Positions 22,343-34,388 of a DNA stretch of 64,000 nucleotides are shown here, one piece after another. Positions within the stretch are counted from its first letter, which is position 1. Every line of letters begins with the position of its first letter. The stretch is from Macrostomum lignano (taxonomy: Eukaryota). The stretch covers positions 62,001-126,000 of the forward strand of contig NIVC01002067.1 of the NCBI GenBank assembly GCA_002269645.1, given 5' to 3'. A program made the translations under genes and the position numbers. The notes beneath the pieces are model-generated. The model did not search any database. It was not told where the DNA came from and saw nothing but the letters and a program-made list of their open reading frames with translations.

Positions 22343-24210
22343 ATGGCATTCTCGATTTACAAACCCGAGATCTTCGTGCTCGTGGTTCTTTTTGTGATAA
22401 CAGATGCCATGTGCATCCATGCTTTAAATGAAAGGGTTTATCCAACGTTGTGTAAGTGCTGTCATTCAGTTCATGCATTTTTGCTCCATTTGTTATACCA
22501 TCCACCTGCTTTCACCAGTTAGACTCCGCCTGCTTTCACCAATTAGACTCCGCCTGCTTTCACCAGTTAGACTCCACCTGCTTTCACCAGTTAGACTCCG
22601 CCTGCTTTCACCAGTTAGACTCCGCCTGCTTTCGCCAGTTAGACTCCACCTGCTTTCACCAGTTAGACTCCGCCTGCTTTCACCAGTTAGACTCCACCTG
22701 CTTTCACCAGTTAGACTCCACCTGCTTTCACCAGTTAGACTCCGCCTGCTTTCACCAGTTAGACTCCACCTGCTTTCACCAGTTAGACTCCGCCTGCTTT
22801 CACCAGTTAGACTCCGCCTGCTTTCACCAGTTAGACTCCGCCTGCTTTCACCAGTTAGACTCCGCCTGCTTTCACCAGTTAGACTCCGCCTGCTTTCACC
22901 AGTTAGACTCCGCCTGCTTTCACCAGTTAGACTCCGCCTGCTTTCACCAGTTAGACTCCGCCTGCTTTAACCAGTTAGACTTCGCCTGCTTTCACCGGTT
23001 GCCATCTGCACAATGCACTCAGCTAGCTAATCCAGATGCAAAACTCTATATTACTCGTAATAATTAATCTAACAGGGGAAACCTTCGGCTGCTACGTGGC
23101 CCCAAATGCGTCCGCATTCCCACTCCAGCTGAGAGTGTATTGGCCTAACCACACTGAGTTGGTTATGTCACCCAGTTCCTGCTTTGAAGAGTGCTCCTTC
23201 CAGCTGTGGGAGGGTCGCTATTTTGGCCTGTCGGTGAACGGAGGTTGCCACTGCGGCACGATGCTGCTCATATCGCCCAGCGTTGATAAAAGCAAGTGCA
23301 GTACAATATGCTTAGATAGCCCCTTAGAGTTCTGCGGCGGAGTCAATGCAATGCTGGTGTTTGAGATTAAAACTTTGCCGCGACTGCCTGGTAAGGACGC
23401 AAGCGAGCGCTGTTATATGTATGTACATGCATGACTATGGGTGCAATCATACAGAGTCAGAAGTTTTAGCTCCAGCCAATGAGAGAAGAGTGATCCATTT
23501 GCTCACAGGTAGGGGTTTCCACTCCAGCCAATGAGAGAAGAGTGAAGCATTTGCCCACGGGTAGGGGTTTCCACTCCAGCCAATGAGACCAGAGTGAAGA
23601 AGCATTTGCCCACGGGTAGGGGTTTCCACTCCAGCCAATGAGAGCAAATTGAAGAAGCGTTTGCCCACAGGTAGGGGTTTCCACTCAAGCCAATGAGAGC
23701 AAATTGAAGAAGCATTTGCCCACGGGTAGGGGTTTCCACTCCAGCCAATGAGACCAGAGTGAAGAAGCATTTGCCCACGGGTAGGGGTTTCCACTCTAGC
23801 CAATGAGAAAAGAGTGAAGCATCATTACTCGTACTAAAAGGCTGCAAAGCAACCAATTACTGGAAGTAAATTAACTAGCCACATTTAATGCCGAATTGTC
23901 TCTGCCAGCCCGTGTCATTGGCTGCTTCATGCAGACTAACAACCAGCGAGTTTTCAACTTCGAAGAGAAGCTGTCGTGTCAGTTCTTCATGTCACACGCC
24001 AGATGTGCCACCTATTGTCTTCGAGTCAAGCGTACTCAAATGTTTGGCCTGATCAACAGATCGTACTGTTACTGTGGCAACAGCTTTGTGAGCACCCTGG
24101 CTAGACTACCTTTCTCCTTGTGCTACCATCCGTGCACTAATTATGATTTAGATTTGTGCGGTGGCGAACACGCCATGCTTGTGCTGGAGCTATTTCAGAT
24201 CCGTGTCTGA
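22343..24210 (+). CDS. Secreted WSC-domain protein: signal peptide plus 2 WSC domains, ~241 aa if it ends here
   Basis: Exons 22343-22451 (MAFSIYKPEIFVLVVLFVITDAMC, hydrophobic leader), 23076-23390 and 23909-24210, with phase-1 junctions. Each domain has the GC[YF]...C...C...FGL...C.CG...C...C...CGG pattern. AATAAA near 24330. Confidence 0.78.
22505..22995. repeat. 24-bp minisatellite, WSC gene intron 1
   Basis: Unit CTGCTTTCACCAGTTAGACTCCGC. Confidence 0.95.
23470..23815. repeat. 52-55-bp minisatellite, WSC gene intron 2
   Basis: TCCAGCCAATGAGA...GCATTTGCCCACGGGTAGGGGTTTCCAC. Confidence 0.92.
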
Positions 24211-24424
24211 TCTTACTCGCTTATTAGTATTGTAAACAAGTTTTATCTTTTACTCTTATCCCTGCCTTTTTAAAGCTTTTTGTGACACGCAGTTCTAGAT
24301 ACAGCAAAATGCAATAGAAGAAATGGAAAATAAAAATAAATATTTACGTTCTTAAAGTAGACAATGAGTTATGCCTTTCCTTTGATTTTTTTTGCTTTTT
24401 CCTCCTTCCTATCTTTGGTCCATA

Positions 24425-24665
24425 ATCTATGCATGGTCCCTGATTTATGGTCCTTAATCTATGATCCCCAATCTATGGTCCGCAATCTATGGTCTCCAAT
24501 CTATGATCCCCAATCTATGATCCCCAATCTATGATCCTCATTATATGATCCCCAATCTATGATCCCCAATATATGATCCCCAATCTATAGTCTTCAATCT
24601 ATAATCTCAAACCCGTTGTCCTTAATCTATAGTCCGAATCTATAGTCTCTAATTTATGATCCCAA
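24425..24665. repeat. 14-bp degenerate tandem repeat
   Basis: CTATGATCCCCAAT variants. Confidence 0.8.
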
Positions 24666-25149
24666 ATCTAATGGTTCCCAAGTTTGTGACTTCATTTTTT
24701 ACCATATTACGCCGTAAGAGTGTCATGCATGAGTTTCTGTGGGAGAAAATAGTTTCAGTTTTGGCAAACTAGGGGGCGAAAAAGCTTATTTTAATAAGCT
24801 AAGAAAGCTACCGTTAAAAGTACAAATCGCTTGAATGGTACTTCAAGGATAAGCTTTCTAAATTTCTATGGTTTCTTTGGTGCAGTTAGAACTAAATAGA
24901 ATATATAATACGCTCGTACTACAGCAATAGTTTAGCCAATTTGGAGTTTTATTTACACTTGAATCAACATGTGGAAATCAACATAAAATAAGTAAGGCTA
25001 AACTAAGTTGACATGCACTCACTAATGTCGCCCACTGCACACTTAAATGGCATTTTGTTACCGATCTTGTTGATTTTTTTCAACAAGGATTTGCTATCTA
25101 CAACTGCGCATTGTAAGTTTATTATTTCTTAGCTGTTCTATCTAGCCTA

Positions 25150-25300
25150 CTTTTCATACTACTTTCCAACCTACTTTTCAGCCTACTTTTCAGCCAACTT
25201 TTCAATCTACTTTCCAACCTACTTTTCACCCTACTTTTCAATCTACTTTCCAACCTACTTTCCAATCTACTTTCCAATCTACTTACAACCAACTTTTCAA
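25150..25300. repeat. 11-12-bp degenerate tandem repeat
   Basis: CTACTTTTCAAC / CTACTTTCCAAC variants. Confidence 0.75.
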
Positions 25301-25424
25301 CCTGTGCATGTAGCTTTTAAGCTGGTAATAATATTTAGCTTACTCTTGTCTATTTTCTATATACTCGTACTACATATGTTATTCTACACAGAAAGTTACT
25401 CCCAACCTTTCCATTGTTGCCCAG

Positions 25425-27168
25425 TTCAGCACGTTGGCTGCTATCAGATACTCAATGACAATGGCAACCTTGGTGTTCTAATGGAATTAACAGATAACTT
25501 GAAAAGCCAGCTAACCCCCGATGTGTGTCTAAGATTGTGCGTTGAATTTAATGATAATCGAAATAAAGTATTGAACTATTTTGGCCTATTTAATGGCGAG
25601 CAATGCTATTGCCGCGATACAGTTGGTATTTTTCGACTCGCCAGCTTCGACTGCATGGCGAGTTGTCCGGGCAACTGGCAGATCTCCTGCGGCGGCTCCA
25701 AAGCTATGGACATATATTTTATTGAATGGGAAAATCCTCCCGTTCTTCAGAGTGAGTCTGGGCAAATAATGATACCTAACCTAATTTAAATGTTTTCACA
25801 TATTTAGGCCTATGTAGGTATGTATGATTGTTCATACATCAAGACTATATACAGTCTCAATGTTCCGTCTTAAGTTTAAGGGCTAGAAAATTGAGAGGGT
25901 CGCAATGTACATTGAAGACCGCTCCGTCTTAAGTTTAAGGGCTAGAAAATTGAGAGGGTCGCAATGTACATTGAAGACCGTTTCGTCTTAAGTTTAAGGG
26001 CTAGAAAATTGAGAGGCTCGCAAATTCTCGCAATGTACATTGAAGACCGTTTCGTCTTAAGTTTAAGGGTTAGAAAATTGAGAGGGTCGCAATGTACATT
26101 GTCTTAAGTTTAAGGGTTAGAAAATTGAGAGGGTCGCAATGTACATTGTCTTAAGTTTAAGGGTTAGAAAATTGAGAGGGTCGCAATGTACATTGTCTTA
26201 AGTTTAAGGGTTAGAAAATTGAGAGGGTCGCAATGTACATTGAAGACCGTTTCGTCTTAAGTTTAAGGGCTAGAAAATTGAGAGGGTCGCAATGTACATT
26301 GTCTTAAGTTTAAGGGCTAGAAAATTGAGAGGGTCGCAATGTACATTGAAGACCGTTTCGTCTTAAGTTTAAGGGCTAGAAAATTGAGAGGCTCGCAAAT
26401 TCTCGCAATGTACATTGAAGACCGTTTCGTCTTAAGTTTAAGGGTTAGAAAATTGAGAGGGTCGCAATGTACATTGTCTTAAGTTTAAGGGTTAGAAAAT
26501 TGAGAGGGTCGCAATGTACATTGTCTTAAGTTTAAGGGTTAGAAAATTGAGAGGGTCGCAATGTACATTGAAGACCGCTCCATCTTAAGTTTAAGGGTTA
26601 GAAAATTGAGAGGGTCGCAATGTACATTGAAGACCGCTCCATCTTAAGTTTAAGGGTTAGAAAATTGAGAGGGTCGCAATGTACATTGAAGACCGCTCCA
26701 TCTTAAGTTTAAGGGTTAGAAAATTGAGAGGCTCGCAATGTACATTAAAGAAATGGGTCGGGTCTACAGGAGGGTGAGTTAATCGATAATAAAGTTAAAA
26801 GAAACAGTAAACAAGGCGAATCGATCTATCTAAAGCCTATACGGGTATATCTCCATTCTACACTACATGTACCAAAAGCCATTGCATTGGGCTGCTATCT
26901 ATACGACAAGTGGCATCCAGTGCTAAGTGACCGGCTGTCAACGTCTGTTAGTGCAGCCAGCATGAGCCACTACAACTGCGCCGTCCCCTGTCTGCACTTG
27001 GACGTGAAGCTGGCCGGTGTGACCAATCGCACAAGCTGCTACTGCGGCTCCGGCCTAGTCAGTAGTGCAGTCAGAGCCTCTGCCGGCGTCTGCGGCCGGC
27101 CCTGTACAGGCAATCAATCCGAGATTTGCGGCGACGCTGAATACATGCTGGTAATGAAGGTTGTGTAG
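25425..27168 (+). CDS. Two further WSC-domain exons: continuation of the upstream gene or a second paralogous gene
   Basis: Exons 25425-25751 (VQHVGCYQ...CYCRD...CPGNWQISCGG, phase 1-1) and 26879-27168 (LGCYLY...CYCGSG...CTGNQSEICG...MKVV*). Confidence 0.78.
25866..26745. repeat. 59/47-bp minisatellite between WSC exons
   Basis: GTCTTAAGTTTAAGGGYTAGAAAATTGAGAGGGTCGCAATGTACATT, with or without a 12-bp GAAGACCGTTTC segment. Confidence 0.94.
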
Positions 27169-27269
27169 CCTGTGCATACTATATACTATTAGTAATGCGT
27201 AGCAGTTTTAATTTCGTAATTTATTGAGCCATCTGTGTCTGTTTTTTATTGCTTAATGACGCTTGAGGC

Positions 27270-27630
27270 AAAAGCCGTCAAGAGCCTCACCCAATTCGGC
27301 GTCAAGAGCCTCACCCAATTTTACCGTAAAGAGCCTCACCGTTCACCAATTTACCGTCAAGAGCCTCACCCAATTCACCATCAAGAGCCTCACCCAATTC
27401 ACCGTCAAGAGCCTCACCGTTCACCAATTCACCATCAAGAGCATCACCATTCACCAATTCAACGTCAAGAGCCTCACCAATTCAACTTCAAGAGTCTCAC
27501 CCAATTCACCGTCAAGAGCCTCACCCAATTCACCATCAAGAGCCTCACCCAATTCACCGTCAAGAGCCTCACCCAATTCACCATCAAGAGCCTCACCGTT
27601 CACCAATTCAACGTCAAGAGCCTCGCCAAT
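27270..27630. repeat. 24-bp minisatellite
   Basis: CAAGAGCCTCACCCAATTCACCRT variants. Confidence 0.88.
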
Positions 27631-27914
27631 TTAAAATCTCAGAGCCGTCAAGAGTCTCAAAGAAAGCTGACGTCAGGCAGTCTTAAATATTCCACAATTC
27701 ATCGTCAAAGCAAAACTGTATAAACAAGAGCCTTCCAATCGCTCTAATATACTTTCGATTCAATTCAACGCTTTTTACTTTGCTAAAATAAAAAAAGGAG
27801 TTTTAACTTTGCTACTTGAATATTTTTTAACAAAAGTAAACACGCCACTTGCAAAAAAATCATGTTTAGTGGGCCATGGTCACCCCACATTTAGCAGTTG
27901 CTCAACAATTACTT

Positions 27915-28125
27915 TGGCGCCCCTTGGTGCTGGCGCCCCTTTGGTGCTGGCGCCCCTTTGGTGCTGGCGCCCCTTTGGTGCTGGCGCCCCTTTGGTGCTG
28001 GCGCCCCTTTGGTGCTGGCGCCCCTTTGGTGCTGGCGCCCCTTTGGTGCTGGCGCCCCTTTGGTTCTGGCGCCCCTTTGGTGCTGGCGCCTCTTTGGTGC
28101 TGGCGCCCCTTGGTGCCGGCGCCCC
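27915..28125. repeat. 17-bp GC-rich tandem repeat
   Basis: Unit GGTGCTGGCGCCCCTTT. Confidence 0.93.
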
Positions 28126-28804
28126 CAAAATAGTGCCCCATCCAATAAAATATGCTGCGGCTTCTTTCCTGCTTTAATTTTTGCTCTTTTGCAAAATTGC
28201 AAGCGGGGATGATGGCACGTTAAGTTGGTGCGTGCTGGCGCAGTTGCTGGGGAACTATAGAGCAAACAGCTGGTTGAGCTGCTACATGTAGCCGCATGCT
28301 GTGCAGTTCAAATGAGGCGGGCCAGCTTTCGCTGACAAACAAGGAACTAACAAGAAACTCATGTTTTCTAACCTCGTCTGCAAGAAACCCAGGCAGGCTG
28401 AAGTTCCGCATCTAAAAATAACATCCGCGTACGCCAGTTTGTCTATCCATGCACGCTAGTAAATTTATATGTACACACATGCGCTTGCACTGGCCAGTAC
28501 GTTCACGCGTGTACATGTATACCGGAAAGAACTGAAACAAATCCAGACTGTAACTGAATAACCTTCATTTGTTTATCTGTGCATGTATGTGTAAATTATT
28601 GACCCGTTTGGTTACACAGGATGCAGGTACGAATCAAGGACCACTGGAATGTTCTAGTCTAGAATAGTCCTTGATACGATGTAGTATAATGTCTAATAAC
28701 AGGTACTGCTGCACTTAAGACGCATGCAGCTTAATTACATGTACCGCGATCGGCTTCTGCACAATTGTGTAGTCCAAACCACGAATGTTGTCCTGTGATC
28801 TAAA

Positions 28805-29395
28805 CTGGGGTTGAGATTGGGGATCTGGGAGTGAAATTAGAAATCTGGGATTTAGATTGGGGATCTGGGAGTGAAATTAGAAATCTGTGATTTAGATTGG
28901 GGATCTGGAAGTGAGATTGAGGATCTGAAAGTGAGATTGAGGACCTTGGTGTGAGATTGGGGATCTGGGAGTGAGATTAGCTAGGGATCTAGGAGTGAGG
29001 TTAAGAATCTGGGAGTGAGATTGGGGATCTGGGAGTGAGATTGGGGATCTGGGAGTGAGATTGGGGATCTGGGAGTGAGATTGGGGATCTGGGAGGGAGA
29101 TTGGGGATCTGGGAGTGAGATTGGAGATCTGGGAATGAGATTGGGGATCTGGGAGTGAGATTGGGGATCTGGGAGTGAGATTGGAGATCTGGGAATGAGA
29201 TTGGGGATCGGGAAGTGAGATTGGGGATCGGGGAGTGAGATTGGGGATCTGGGAGTGAGATTGGAGATCTTGGAGTGAGATTGAGGATCTTGGAGTGAGA
29301 TTGGGGATCTTGGAGTGAGATTGGGGATCTGGGAGTGAGATTGAGGATCTTGGAGTGAGATTGGGGATCTGGGACGGAGATTAAGGATCTGGGGA
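28805..29395. repeat. 20-bp G-rich minisatellite
   Basis: Unit GGGAGTGAGATTGGGGATCT. Confidence 0.93.
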
Positions 29396-30149
29396 GCTGT
29401 TGCAATTGCTTATTCGTAAAGAGCAGTTTTATACCAATGATAGACGTGAAAAACTACAAGGTCCTTTAATTCGTTCACGCAAATTTCTTGATTTAAATGA
29501 GTTTATTGCTGAATAAAAAATATTACGTACAGTAGATGTCAGAACTACTTAAGCAAAGCAATGCACATCATATAAGCATTAATGTTTTTATAGACAGGCT
29601 ATATTGTTAAAGTACCCGTAAAATATAAAAAATGCACTTCAGCTAAATATTCTTTGTCGCTGACTCTTATTCAGCTCTACAAACAGCTGGTAGATTTATC
29701 CGTCTAGTATTCACTCAAGTATTGTGTAATGGGCACAATACTTTGTTTAAATACACTATAGGAAGGTTGCAGTATACCACAAGAATAAGCGCATGAATGA
29801 GCGCGAGGTGACGAAATCATATAATATGATTTTATGATCCAGAGAATGATGATACTCCTGACAATGCGCGCGCAGAGATACCAGTAAAATATGTTAATCT
29901 TCACTGCGGTAATACGTTTATTTTATGAAACACAAACTAACAATGAAGACTTCAAATATCGTAATTACAGAAATATTCACTCTCAGCTTTGTCTTTATAC
30001 TCTCAAAGGAGCGATTAGAAGAGATTGAGGTAAAGGGTGAGATCGAAGGGAGATTGGGAAGGGAGTCAGATGAAGGGTGAGATTGAAGGTGGAGAGACTA
30101 GGGGAAATATTGAGATCAAGGGAAGGTGGAGAGACTTCAGTAGTGTGAG

Positions 30150-30680
30150 GTGAAGGGTGATTTTTAAGGGAGATAGACTAGGGGATAGAGTGAGATAAAG
30201 GGATATATATTAGGGGAGACAGTGAGATAATGGGAGATAGACTAGGGGAGACAGTGAGATAAAGGGAGATAGACTAGGGAAGACAGTGAGATAAAGGGAG
30301 ATAGACTAGGGAAGACAATGAGATAAAGGGAGATAGACTAGGGGAGACAGTGAGATAAAGGGAGATAGACTAGGGGAGACAGTGAGATAAAGGGAGATAG
30401 ACTAGGGAAGACAATGAGATAAAGGGAGATAGACTAGGGGAGACAGTGAGATAAAGGGAGATAGACTAGGGGAGACAGTGAGATAAAGGGAGATAGACTA
30501 GGGAAGACAATGAGATAAAGGGAGATAGACTAGGGGAGACAGTGAGATAAAGGGAGATAGACTAGGGGAGACAGTGAGATTTAACTGAGATAGACTAGGG
30601 GAGACAGTGAGATTTAACTGAGATAGACTAGGGGAGACAGTGAGATTTAAGGGAGATAGACTAGGGGAGACAGTGAGAAG
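30150..30680. repeat. 32-bp purine-rich minisatellite
   Basis: Unit GGGAGATAGACTAGGGGAGACAGTGAGATAAA. Confidence 0.92.
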
Positions 30681-30752
30681 GGTGAGAGAATAGAACGAGT
30701 TAGAGAGAGATTATTTTCGAATTAACGGGCCGTCACAAATAATAAATTGCAT

Positions 30753-33700
30753 CTATGATTGACCAGGTGGTGCGCCAGACGCACTGGGATTGGAGGTTAG
30801 CACAGACTGAATAGCCTGCAGCTGGGCATGAGTCAGCGAGTGCACTCGAGACTGCATGGAGCCAGACAGGCGGTCGTATTGGCCAACCACAACTGAATGA
30901 TAGCCGCTGCTCTCAGGCCGGCCGGGCAGAAGTTTCAATGGCTCCAACAGTGCCAGAATGTCCACAGTGAGGGGCACGGACTCGTGGAACAGTGGCTGTA
31001 TACTGTGCACCAGCTGGATGAGATCTCCAGCCCTGTCCGGCACCCGGCCGCTATTCCGCATGAAGTGTCTGGCTGTACAAAATGTTAATAGTTTGTTATC
31101 GAAGCCATAGGTCATGGCAATGGCCATGCCTTGGCTACATAAATCTATTTTGAGTTTCCGCAACGCTTTCACGTAGCGGCCGATGTCTCTGATGACGCTC
31201 TCAGTGAAGCTGGGATCGGCGCTGCCCATGCTTTTGATGAAATCGAAAAATCGAACGAAATAACAGCCGGGACTGGCTTGTCGATGGGCGGAGAGGCTGC
31301 CGGATTGATGGGGAATCTTTGCGCTGCAGTGAAAGCACACAAGTCTGTGCTGCTGCTGAGGTCTTGGCTGATCGTCAAGGTACAGACCTGACTCAGCCAG
31401 TTCTGAGGCCTGCTCAATCGAGTAAAGTTGCGATTGTAACAGGTTGGACTTTCGTCTGCTTAGCAGAGTGTACTCGGGCTTCACTGAGGCCGTCAGTGTC
31501 AGGATTAGGCAGCCTGCAGAGATTCAGATTGTGTTTGAATTTCATTATTATCTGCACTGCACTGTGCTTAAACCCCGGATTAGTGAGCCTTCTCAGCCTC
31601 CCATCTCACCCTCAGATCTCAAGCATCTCACCCTCTCACCCTCAGGCCGGCCTGAGCTATCTCACCCTCCCGTCTCAGCTATCTCACCCTCCCGTCTCAG
31701 CTATCTGGCCCTCCCATCTCAGCTATCTCACCCTCCAATCTCAGCTATCTCACCCTCCAATCTCAGCTATCTCACCCTCCAATCTCAGCTATCTCACCCT
31801 CCAATCTCAGCTATCTCACCCTCCAATCTCAGCCATGCCACCCTTCCATCTCAGCTATCTCACCCTCCTATCTCAGCTATCTCACCCTCGAATCTCAGCT
31901 ATTTCACCCATCTCACCATCCCATCTCAGCACCTTAGCCATCTCACCATCCCATCTCATCTATCTCAGCCATCTCACACTCCCGGTGACTCCCATCTTAA
32001 CTATCTCACCTATTTATCCCTCCCGTATTAGTTATCTAATATCACCTATCTCACCCTCCCATCTCAACTATCTCACCCTCCAATCTCAGCTATCTCACTC
32101 ATCTCACCCTCCAATCTCAGCTATCTCACTCATCTCACCCTCTAATCTCAGCTATATCACTTATCTCACCCACTGATGTCAGCTATCTAACCCTCCCATC
32201 TCAGCCATTTCTCACCCTCATTTGTCCTATCTCACGTCTAAAGTTCTCATCCTCGCGTCTCACAGCCTCACACCGTTGAAGGTCCATCATTGCATCTTCA
32301 GCCCTTAATCTCAAGTGCCCTGCCCCATGTCTCGCACCTCATCCCATCAATCTCATAAAGCGGAACCCACCAACAATGTAGACTTTGTATTCCTCGCCGC
32401 TCCGTTTGTATAATTCAACAGCTTTAGTAGCAATTTCGGGTGAGTAATGCAATTCCAAGCTAGATTTAAGTTGCTCAGTCAATTCTGGCAAACTTTCGGC
32501 CATTTGCAGATACCTGAAATTTAATTGGCGTGGAAAAAAGCGCAAATATTAACAAATTTGTTTAGTTCCATGTTCAAACTTCATTAGTTACATTAAGTTG
32601 AGAAAGTAAACTCAAAACTAGAAGCAACTCTATATTTAGAAACACGCGTCTATTTTAGCATATGATGCCATTTGCATTCTTAATAACGGCCAAATTGGCG
32701 TTTTATACGCTAAATAGGCAAGCCAAACCTATTTTTGTGGGCGGGCCAGTGCTATTAAATGCTTAATTGTAATACTGTTGTTGCTATAGACTTGGCTTCT
32801 GTGAGATGCTTGCTCTCATTTCGAATTCACGTTTGCCTTAATTGAATATGAATATTCATTCCATAGTGTTCGCTCAGTGCCTGAACAGCTCACCACGAAC
32901 ATGTACATAAACAGTACACGTGCTAAGCTTCCCATTCCTTCAGGTGGCACTGCTTCCCAGTCCTTCAGATGACACTACTTCCCATTCCTTCAGGTGGCAC
33001 TACTTCCATTCCTTCAGGTGGCACTACTTCCCATTCCTTCAGGTGGCACTGCTTCCTAGTCCTTCAGGTGGCACTACTTCCCATTCTTTCAGGTGGCACT
33101 GCTTCCCAGTCTTTCAGGTGGCACTGCCTCCCAGTCCTTCAGGTGGCACTGCCTCCCAGTCCTTCAGGTGGCACTGCCTCCCAGTCCTTCAGGTGGCACT
33201 GCCTCCCAGTCCTTCAGGTGGCACTGCCTCCCAGTCCTTCAAGTGGCACTGCTTCCCATTCTTTCAGGTGGCACTGCCTCCCAGTCCTTCAGGTGGCACT
33301 GCTTCCCATTCTTTCAGGTGGCACTGCCTCCCAGTCCTTCAGGTGGCACTGCCTCCCAGTCCTTCAGGTGGCACTGCCTCCCAGTCCTTCAGGTGGCACT
33401 GCTTCCCAGTCCTTCAGGTGGCACTGCTTCCCAGTCCTTCAGATGACACTGCCTCCCAGTCCTTCAGGTGGCACTGCCTCCCAGTCCTTCAGGTGGCACT
33501 GCTTCCCAGTCCTTTAGGTGGCACTGCTTCACATTCTTTCAAGTGGCACTGCTTCACATTCTTTCAGGTGGCACTGCTTCACATTCTTTCAGGTCGCACT
33601 GCTTCCCAGTCCTTCAGGTGGCACTGCTTCCCAGTCCTTCAGGTGGCACTGCCTCCCAGTCCTTCAGGTGGCACTGCTTCCCAGTCCTTTAGGTGGCACT

Positions 33701-34388
33701 GCTTCACATTCTTTCAAGTGGCACTGCTTCACATTATTTCAGGTGGCACTGCTTCACATTCTTTCAGGTGGCACTGCTTCCCAGTCCTTCAGGTGACACT
33801 GCTTCCCAGTCCTTTAGGTGGCACTGCTTCACATTCTTTCAAGTGGCACTGCTTCACATTCTTTCAGGTGGCACTGCTTTACATTCTTTCAGGTGGCACT
33901 GCTTCCCAGTCCTTCAGGTGACACTGCTTCCTAGTCTTTGAGGGGGCAATGCTTCCCAGTCCTTCAGGTAGCACTGCTTCCCATTCCTTCAGGTGGCACT
34001 GCTTCTCATTCTTTCAGGTGGCACTGCCTCCCAGTCCTTCAGGTGGCACTGCTTCCTAGTCCTTCAGGTGGCACTGCTTCCCATTCTTTCAGGTGGCACT
34101 GCTTCCCAGTCCTTCAGGTGGCACTGCTTCCCAGTCCTTCAGATGACACTGCTTCCTAGTCTTTGAGGGGGCAATGCTTCCCAGTCCTTCAGGTGGCACT
34201 GCTTCCCAGTCTTTCAGATGGCGCAATTTCCCTCAGTTCCTTCGCATTCGCGCAGCCCCCATTTCCTGAGTTACCATTTCTGTTTCGCCATGTAACTTCA
34301 ACCATTTAGTACTTCTCGGCCCCACACCACACCCAGTGACCCAGTCTCTTAGTCTTACTTACCTCGAGAGTAGTGTGTCTATCAACAT
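30753..34388 (-). CDS. Divergent inhibitor-of-apoptosis-like protein: one BIR-like domain plus a UBA-like domain, no RING seen (~297-309 aa)
   Basis: Exons 34388-34363 (tentative start), 32513-32371 and 31513-30753, phase-consistent. BIR-like ELAESGLY...VCFHC...H...SPGCYF. AMTYGFDNKLL...GDLIQLV resembles the IAP UBA region. Confidence 0.72.
31590..32225. repeat. 22-bp minisatellite in the BIR-gene intron
   Basis: CTCAGCTATCTCACCCTCCAAT variants. Confidence 0.9.
32925..34220. repeat. 25-bp minisatellite in the upstream BIR-gene intron
   Basis: Unit TTCAGGTGGCACTGCYTCCCAGTCC; it accounts for all overlapping ORFs from 32920 to 34159. Confidence 0.95.

Noticed and set aside
22428-23067. Long repeat-derived ORFs here and at 27235-28265, 29001-29405, 31319-32176, 32920-34159, 37673-38873, 58299-58838 and 59559-61006
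   Set aside because: They are translations of stop-poor minisatellite units, open in several frames at once, and several sit inside defined introns.
25304-25424. Apparent signal peptide (VHVAFKLVIIFSLLLSIFYILVL) in frame with WSC domain 3
   Set aside because: It starts at GTG without an ATG and coincides with a T-rich acceptor region. It is probably intron sequence, although this cannot be fully excluded.
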